NCBI GenBank assembly: GCA_021766785.1
Contig: JAICBP010000084.1
Span: 150,352-214,351, forward strand
DNA: 64,000 bases
Source: Sulfurimonas sp. endosymbiont of Alviniconcha boucheti
GTDB lineage: Bacteria > Campylobacterota > Campylobacteria > Campylobacterales > Sulfurimonadaceae
Direction: 5' to 3'
Below, one piece after another: positions 57,815-64,000 of the stretch (positions are counted from its first letter, which is position 1; each line of letters starts with the position of its first letter). A model generated the notes under the pieces. It was not told the origin of the DNA. It worked only from the letters and a program-made list of their open reading frames with translations, and did not search any database. The translations under genes were made by a program, and so were the position numbers.

Positions 57815-59797
57815 ATGAAAAAAAAACCAGAGTTTATAGTTACATCTCCTTACCAACCTTCAGGTGATCAGCCTGCAGCTATTAAAAAATTAACAGATTC
57901 TATACTTCAAGGGAATCGTTATCAAACCCTTGAGGGTGTAACAGGTAGTGGAAAAACACACACTATGGCACGGATTATAGAGAATGTGAAGATGCCCACT
58001 ATCATCATGACACATAACAAAACTTTGGCATCTCAGTTATATTCAGAGTTTCGCCAGTTTTTTCCTCATAACCATGTTGAGTATTTTGTGTCATATTACG
58101 ATTATTATCAACCAGAAGCTTACATCCCTCGCCAAGACCTTTTTATAGAAAAAGATAGTGCTATTAATGATGAGTTAGAACGTATGAGACTCTCTTCTAC
58201 GGCAAATTTACTCTCTTATGATGATGTAATAGTTATTGCTTCTGTTTCAGCAAACTATGGGCTTGGTGATCCCCAAGAGTATCTCAATATGGTACAAGCT
58301 TTAGCTATTGGTGATAATATAAACCAAAAAAAGCTACTGCTACGTCTAGTAGAGATGGGATACTCTCGTAATGACACCTACTTTGACTCTGGACATATTC
58401 GTGTGAATGGAGAGAGTTTAGATATATACCCACCTTATTTTGAACAAGAGGCGATTCGTATTGAATTTTTTGGGGATGAGATAGAGGCTATTTATACTTT
58501 TGAACTCATTGACAACAAAAAGCTTGAAAATTTTAAGAACATTACTATCTATGCTTGTTCTCAGTTCAGTGTTGGTCAAGAGAAGATGGCTCTAGCTATT
58601 AAACGCATAGAAGAAGAATTAGATGATCGACTTGCTTACTTTCAAAAAGAGGGAAAACTCGTCGAGTATCAGCGTTTAAAACAACGTGTTGAATTTGATC
58701 TTGAAATGTTACAGACTACAGGAATGTGTAAAGGGGTAGAGAACTATTCACGTTTACTCACAAATAAAAAGCCTGGAGAAGCTCCTTTTACACTTCTTGA
58801 TTACTTTGCACAAAATAACAAAGAGTACCTTGTTATTGTCGATGAATCTCATGTCTCTTTGCCTCAGTATCGAGGAATGTATGCAGGGGATAGAGCTAGA
58901 AAAGAGGTATTGGTTGAGTATGGATTTCGTCTCCCCTCTGCACTAGACAATCGCCCTCTTAAAGCAGATGAATACATCAATAAAGCACCGAAGTATCTCT
59001 TTGTATCAGCAACACCTGCCGAATATGAACTTGAAATATCTAGCGTAACAGCCAAACAAATTATCCGCCCTACAGGACTACTAGACCCACTTATAGAGAT
59101 AAAAAGATCTGATAATCAAGTAGAAGATATCCATGATGAGATCAAAAAAGTCATCGTTAAAAATGAAAGAGTTCTTATAACAGTACTCACTAAAAAAATG
59201 GCAGAAGCACTTACTAAATACCTTGCTGACTTAGGTATAAAAGTACAATACATGCACTCAGATATCGATACTATTGAGAGAAACCAGATCATACGCGCTT
59301 TACGTTTAGGAGAGTTTGATGTTCTTATTGGGATTAATCTTTTACGAGAAGGACTTGACCTCCCTGAGGTAAGTTTAGTGGCAATTCTTGATGCCGATAA
59401 AGAGGGCTTTTTACGAAGTGAAACAGCACTTATTCAAACTATTGGTCGTGGAGCTAGAAATGCGAATGGTCGTGTTATACTTTATGCAAATAAGATGACA
59501 GGTTCTATGCAAAAAGCTATCGATAAAACGAATGAAAGAAGAGAGATACAAAAAGCTCACAATAAAAAGTACGGTATCACTCCTACTACAACTATTAGAG
59601 CACTCGATGAGAATCTCAAACTAGAAGAGCATAATGATCTCTATCTTAAACATAAGAAAAGAGATAAAATGCCAGCATCAGAAAAAAAAGCTATTACAAA
59701 AGAGCTTATGCTCAAAATGAAACAAGCTGCCAAAGAGTTAAACTTTGAAGAAGCAGCTAGGCTTCGCGATGAGATAATGAAGATCAAGCAACTATAA
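57815..59797 (+). CDS. uvrB: excinuclease ABC subunit B
   Basis: [12 protein letters not shown], and the C-terminal UVR domain [12 protein letters not shown]. Confidence 0.97.
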   Translation: MKKKPEFIVTSPYQPSGDQPAAIKKLTDSILQGNRYQTLEGVTGSGKTHTMARIIENVKMPTIIMTHNKTLASQLYSEFRQFFPHNHVEYFVSYYDYYQPEAYIPRQDLFIEKDSAINDELERMRLSSTANLLSYDDVIVIASVSANYGLGDPQEYLNMVQALAIGDNINQKKLLLRLVEMGYSRNDTYFDSGHIRVNGESLDIYPPYFEQEAIRIEFFGDEIEAIYTFELIDNKKLENFKNITIYACSQFSVGQEKMALAIKRIEEELDDRLAYFQKEGKLVEYQRLKQRVEFDLEMLQTTGMCKGVENYSRLLTNKKPGEAPFTLLDYFAQNNKEYLVIVDESHVSLPQYRGMYAGDRARKEVLVEYGFRLPSALDNRPLKADEYINKAPKYLFVSATPAEYELEISSVTAKQIIRPTGLLDPLIEIKRSDNQVEDIHDEIKKVIVKNERVLITVLTKKMAEALTKYLADLGIKVQYMHSDIDTIERNQIIRALRLGEFDVLIGINLLREGLDLPEVSLVAILDADKEGFLRSETALIQTIGRGARNANGRVILYANKMTGSMQKAIDKTNERREIQKAHNKKYGITPTTTIRALDENLKLEEHNDLYLKHKKRDKMPASEKKAITKELMLKMKQAAKELNFEEAARLRDEIMKIKQL

Positions 59798-59812
59798 CAT
59801 ATAGGAATATTA

Positions 59813-60379
59813 ATGGAAGATACTTTTACAAACTTAGAAACATACGGATATATAGGACTTTTTCTCTACTCACTAGGTGGTGGATTTATAGCACTTTTAG
59901 GAGCGGGGGTTCTCTCTTATATGGGGAAGATGGATCTTGCGACATCTATGGCTATCGCATTTGTCGCAAACGCCATTGGAGATATACTCCTTGTTTACCT
60001 TGCACGCTACCAAAAAAGTATGATGATGGAAGGAGTTAGCAAGCATAGACGTAAACTCGCCCTTGCACATATTTATATGAAAAAGTATGGCTCATGGATT
60101 ATTCTGATCCAAAAATTTATCTACGGTATCAAGACACTCATCCCTATTGCAATAGGTCTCACAAAATATGATTTTAAAAAGTTCATAGTACTCAATATCG
60201 GTAGCTCTGCTATCTGGGTTTTTATTGTAGGATTTGGAAGTTACTACTCTGGAAGTATCCTTATAAAGTTAGCTGAATCGATAGGTAATAAACCTTGGAT
60301 TGCACCTATTATACTAGTGGTATTAGGTGGAGGATTATGGCTCTATATGGAAATGGCTACTAAGAAAAAGGTTAAATAA
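59813..60379 (+). CDS. DedA-family membrane protein
   Basis: 188 aa, DedA-like TM pattern. Confidence 0.75.
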   Translation: MEDTFTNLETYGYIGLFLYSLGGGFIALLGAGVLSYMGKMDLATSMAIAFVANAIGDILLVYLARYQKSMMMEGVSKHRRKLALAHIYMKKYGSWIILIQKFIYGIKTLIPIAIGLTKYDFKKFIVLNIGSSAIWVFIVGFGSYYSGSILIKLAESIGNKPWIAPIILVVLGGGLWLYMEMATKKKVK

Positions 60380-60395
60380 AAAATTTACTAAACAT

Positions 60396-60425
60396 ATCCA
60401 ACTAAATAAATTTTAGTTGGATTTT
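60396..60425. terminator. bidirectional hairpin between dedA and pckA
   Basis: 11-bp stem atccaactaaa/tttagttggat with a 5-nt loop, followed by TTT. Confidence 0.65.
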
Positions 60426-60454
60426 GTACTATCTTTAGTAAAGATCTACTCTTC

Positions 60455-62038
60455 TTAAGATCCGACTATTGGACCGAATGGGGCAAAATCTGTATGCTCC
60501 CCATCCTGGTATTTTTTATAGTTAGCAATAAACATTTCAGCGAGATTATCTCTAGTCTTATCAAAAAGTTCTTTATCTTCCCAAGCATTGCGAGGATTTA
60601 AAATTTCTGGTTTTATATCACCTAAAGTTTTAGGAACATGCAGTCTAAATGTTTTTGTTGTGTCAAACTCACTCTCATTAATACTACCATCTAAAATAGC
60701 ATTAATACAAGCACGAGTATTTTTGATACTCATACGTTTTCCAACGCCATAAGCACCACCAGTCCAGCCAGTGTTTACAAGATAAACATTAACATTGTGT
60801 TCATCTATTTTCTTCCCTAGAAGATCAGCATAAACTGTTGGATGAAGTGTCATAAATGCCTCCCCAAAACATGCAGAGAAAGTAGCGATAGGTTTCGTAA
60901 TACCACGCTCAGTTCCAGCAACTTTTGCAGTATATCCACTTAAGAAGTAGTACATTGCTTGCTCTTTTGTCAATTTAGACACAGGAGGGAGAACACCAAA
61001 TGCATCAGCAGTTAAAAAGATAATATTTTCTGGATGTCCTGCCATAAGATCTTTTTTATGGTTCTCAATATGTTCGATAGGATAAGAGACACGAGTATTT
61101 TCAGTCTTAGAACCATCTTCATAATCTACTTCACCCTCACCATACATTACAACATTTTCTAAAAGTGCATCTTTACGGATAGCACCATAAATCTCAGGTT
61201 CACTTTTACCATCAAGGTTGATTACTTTTGCATAACATCCACCCTCAAAGTTAAAAACACCATAGTTGTCCCAGCCATGTTCATCATCACCGATAAGTGC
61301 ACGATGAGGATCAGTACTAAGTGTAGTTTTACCCGTTCCACTAAGACCAAAGAATAGTGCAGTATCACCACGCTCTCCAACATTTGCAGAACAGTGCATA
61401 GAGAGTTTACCCTCTAGTGGTAACCAGTAGTTCATCATAGAGAAGATACCTTTCTTCAACTCACCACCATACCATGTTCCACCAATAATACAAATATTTC
61501 GTTCAATATCAAAAAGAACAAATACTTCAGAATTTAACCCATGCTCTTTCCATTTATTGTTCACAGCTTTACAAGCATTTAAAACTACAAAATCAGATTC
61601 AAAGACTTCTAACTCAGCGGCAGTTGGACGAATAAACATATTTTTTACAAAGTGCGACTGCCAAGCTATCTCTGTGACAAAACGTACTGATCGTTTAGAA
61701 GCTGGAGATGAACCACAAAATACATCAGTTACATAAAGGTCTTGATTTGAAAGTTGTTCCTGTGCGACCACTAGCAATTCATCAAAAACTTCAATACTTA
61801 TTTTATGATTTACGTCACCCCAAGCAATATACTTGTTAGATGGATCACGGTTTACGAAGTATTTATCTTTTGGAGAGCGTCCAGTAAAAATCCCTGTATC
61901 AACGGCAGTAGCACCTTTTTTTGTTAAAGCCACTTCACCATTATCCAACTCATGTTTAATGAGCTCATCATAACTTAAATTGTGAAAGATTTCTCCAACA
62001 TTTTTAAGTCCTAATGCTTCTAATTCTGCTATATTCAT
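60455..62038 (-). CDS. pckA: phosphoenolpyruvate carboxykinase (ATP)
   Basis: [11 protein letters not shown] kinase-1a motif. Start [13 protein letters not shown] aligns with the E. coli PckA N-terminus. The tracked start at 62083 is probably over-extended. Confidence 0.93.
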   Translation of the reverse strand: MNIAELEALGLKNVGEIFHNLSYDELIKHELDNGEVALTKKGATAVDTGIFTGRSPKDKYFVNRDPSNKYIAWGDVNHKISIEVFDELLVVAQEQLSNQDLYVTDVFCGSSPASKRSVRFVTEIAWQSHFVKNMFIRPTAAELEVFESDFVVLNACKAVNNKWKEHGLNSEVFVLFDIERNICIIGGTWYGGELKKGIFSMMNYWLPLEGKLSMHCSANVGERGDTALFFGLSGTGKTTLSTDPHRALIGDDEHGWDNYGVFNFEGGCYAKVINLDGKSEPEIYGAIRKDALLENVVMYGEGEVDYEDGSKTENTRVSYPIEHIENHKKDLMAGHPENIIFLTADAFGVLPPVSKLTKEQAMYYFLSGYTAKVAGTERGITKPIATFSACFGEAFMTLHPTVYADLLGKKIDEHNVNVYLVNTGWTGGAYGVGKRMSIKNTRACINAILDGSINESEFDTTKTFRLHVPKTLGDIKPEILNPRNAWEDKELFDKTRDNLAEMFIANYKKYQDGEHTDFAPFGPIVGS

Positions 62039-62215
62039 AGTTACCCTTGTACTATCTTTTAATTTTACCTTGAAATTATACACCTAACAAACATAAAATA
62101 AAAGTAAATCTCTGATATTTACAAAAGTTTTATCAAATTTAAAAGAGATTAAAAATTTACTAAAAATTGAAAATTAGTTTAAGAATTGTTTGGTAAAATT
62201 TCACTCTTTGGACAA

Positions 62216-62290
62216 GCTCGATTAACTCAGTGGTAGAGTATCACCTCGACAAGGTGGGAGTCACTGGTTCAAATCCAGTATCGAGCACCA
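62216..62290 (+). tRNA. tRNA-Val (GAC), with C at position 33 in my fold
   Basis: Acceptor gctcgat/atcgagc, D-arm actc/gagt, anticodon arm tcacc-TCGACAA-ggtgg, T-loop TTCAAAT, encoded CCA. Confidence 0.75.
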
Positions 62291-62379
62291 TTACTTCATG
62301 TAGCTTCAAATTTTTAAAATAACTCTAACAACTTTTTTGATATAATCCATTTTTAAATCTAAATTTTTAGGATTCCTCC

Positions 62380-64000
62380 GTGAGCCAACAACTAGAAAAT
62401 ATTGAAGAACAACTTGCAAACCATAAGTTAAGTCAAGATGACTATATACATATAAAAGAGATTCTTAAACGCGAACCAAATATCGTTGAGCTTGGTATCT
62501 TCTCTGCAATGTGGTCTGAACACTGTTCTTATAAATCTTCAAAAGTACACTTAAAAGGTTTCCCTACAAAAGCTCCTTGGGTTATTCAAGGTCCTGGTGA
62601 AAATGCTGGTGTTATTGATATAGGTGATGGGTATGCTGCAGTTTTTAAAATGGAGTCTCATAATCACCCCTCTTTTATAGAACCTTATCAAGGTGCAGCA
62701 ACGGGTGTTGGTGGAATTATGCGTGATGTATTTACTATGGGTGCTCGCCCTGTTGCTTCACTTAATGCTCTTCGTTTTGGAAATATCACTAACAATGATG
62801 ATATCTCAAAGCACCAACGCTATTTAGTTCGTGGTGTCACCGAAGGTATCGGTGGTTATGGTAACTGTATGGGTGTCCCTACTATCGGTGGTGAAGTGAG
62901 TTTTGATGAGTGCTATAATGGTAACATTCTTGTAAATGCTTTTAACCTTGGTATTGCAAAATCTGATGAGATCTTCTTAGGTCTTGCTGAGGGTCTTGGT
63001 AATCCAGTCATGTATGTTGGTGCAAAAACTGGCCGTGATGGTCTAGGTGGAGCTGTTATGAGTTCTGACTCCTTTACAGAAGAGAGCAAATCTCTTCGCC
63101 CTACTGTGCAAGTTGGTGATCCTTTTACTGAAAAACTTCTCTTAGAAGCTTGCTTAGAACTATTTAAAAGTGATTATGTTGTTGGTATTCAGGATATGGG
63201 CGCGGCTGGTCTTACATCTTCGGCATTTGAGATGGCTGGACGTTCTGGTTCAGGTATGATTATGCATCTTGACAAGGTTCCTGCTCGTGAAGAAGGGATG
63301 CTGCCTTATGACTTTATGCTCAGTGAATCTCAAGAGCGTATGCTTGTTTGTGTAAAAAAGGGATGTGAACAAGCAGTTATTAATATCTTTGAGAAATGGA
63401 ACTTAGATGCTGCTGTTATCGGTGAAGTAACAGATAGTGGAAATATGGAACTATTTTGGCACGGTGAAAAGTGTGCTGAAGTTCCAGTAAATCCTGTAAG
63501 TGAAGAGGCTCCTGAACTAAATCGTCCAATGAGTAAACCATCCTATCTTGCTGAATTAGCATCTGTAACTATTAACGACTTTAAAAAAGTTTCAAATCAA
63601 ACGGCGTTTGAGAGACTTACTAAGTCTATGGAAGTAGTAGATAAGTCATGGATTTATACACAGTATGACTCTATGGTACAAACAAATACTATCAAAAAAG
63701 GTGGTATGCTTGATGCTTCTGTTATCCGTGTAAAGGAGAATGGTAAGGCGCTATCCATGAGTGCTGATTGTAATGTGCGCTACTGTTATATTGACCCTAG
63801 AAATGGTGCTGCTGCTGCAGTTATTGAAGCTGGACGTAATGTTGCTATGAGTGGTGCTAAACCTTTAGCTGTTACGGATTGTCTTAACTATGGTAATCCT
63901 GAAAATCCAGAAGTTATGTGGCAATTTTCAGAAGGTTGTCTTGGGATCAAAGAGGCATGTGCTAAACTAGCTACACCCGTTATTGGTGGAAATGTCTCGC
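62380..64000 (+). CDS. purL: phosphoribosylformylglycinamidine synthase subunit PurL (3' end outside window)
   Basis: GTG start after aggattcctcc. [44 protein letters not shown]. Open to the end of the window, so absent from the ORF track. Confidence 0.93.
   Translation, partial: MSQQLENIEEQLANHKLSQDDYIHIKEILKREPNIVELGIFSAMWSEHCSYKSSKVHLKGFPTKAPWVIQGPGENAGVIDIGDGYAAVFKMESHNHPSFIEPYQGAATGVGGIMRDVFTMGARPVASLNALRFGNITNNDDISKHQRYLVRGVTEGIGGYGNCMGVPTIGGEVSFDECYNGNILVNAFNLGIAKSDEIFLGLAEGLGNPVMYVGAKTGRDGLGGAVMSSDSFTEESKSLRPTVQVGDPFTEKLLLEACLELFKSDYVVGIQDMGAAGLTSSAFEMAGRSGSGMIMHLDKVPAREEGMLPYDFMLSESQERMLVCVKKGCEQAVINIFEKWNLDAAVIGEVTDSGNMELFWHGEKCAEVPVNPVSEEAPELNRPMSKPSYLAELASVTINDFKKVSNQTAFERLTKSMEVVDKSWIYTQYDSMVQTNTIKKGGMLDASVIRVKENGKALSMSADCNVRYCYIDPRNGAAAAVIEAGRNVAMSGAKPLAVTDCLNYGNPENPEVMWQFSEGCLGIKEACAKLATPVIGGNVS

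Overview
AT-rich chromosomal segment. Gene content and protein sequences look like a chemolithoautotrophic, denitrifying member of the Campylobacterota (Sulfurimonas-like). That assignment is an inference from motif and sequence recognition only; no searches were run.

Layout:
(i) 1-3.4 kb: a very AT-rich accessory patch. It holds a decayed SMC/ABC-type ATPase gene with a HEPN-like tail, an antitoxin next to a frameshifted RelE/ParE toxin, and an orphan membrane/coiled-coil protein.
(ii) 3.5-31 kb: a denitrification supercluster.
- A non-canonical heme-copper NO-reductase-like oxidase operon on the minus strand, with a 4Fe-4S/DmsC fusion protein.
- Divergent from it, norC-norB-nirS.
- A heme d1 biosynthesis operon: cytochrome c, nirJ, nirF, nirE, a lipoprotein, a YbiB/TrpD2-like protein and a fused nirDL. 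A convergent precorrin-2 dehydrogenase gene follows.
- narK, napAGHBFLD, a Campylobacter-type MOMP porin and a PP2C-Ser/Thr kinase fusion.
- Five TTGAY-N4-ATCAA (Crp/Fnr-type) palindromes sit at class-II distance from extended -10 elements in front of these operons.
(iii) 33-40 kb: housekeeping genes (M3 oligopeptidase, EEP nuclease, ung, moxR, two lipoproteins).
(iv) A tRNA Lys-Glu-Met-Asn operon, followed by a small decayed island. The island has an intact DUF4258/YgiT toxin-antitoxin pair.
(v) 42-64 kb: groESL, exbBD, a two-component system, pyrC, HIT, TRAP dctQM, murF-hydrolase-ddl, ruvA, fapA, murJ, uvrB, dedA, pckA, tRNA-Val and the 5' part of purL.

The best candidate for a poorly described system is the Asp-substituted heme-copper oxidase operon together with its orphan FeS/quinol-anchor fusion. 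Next are the uncharacterised genes tied into the Fnr-box regulon and the heme d1 cluster. No CRISPR array, rRNA, transposase or integrase was seen.
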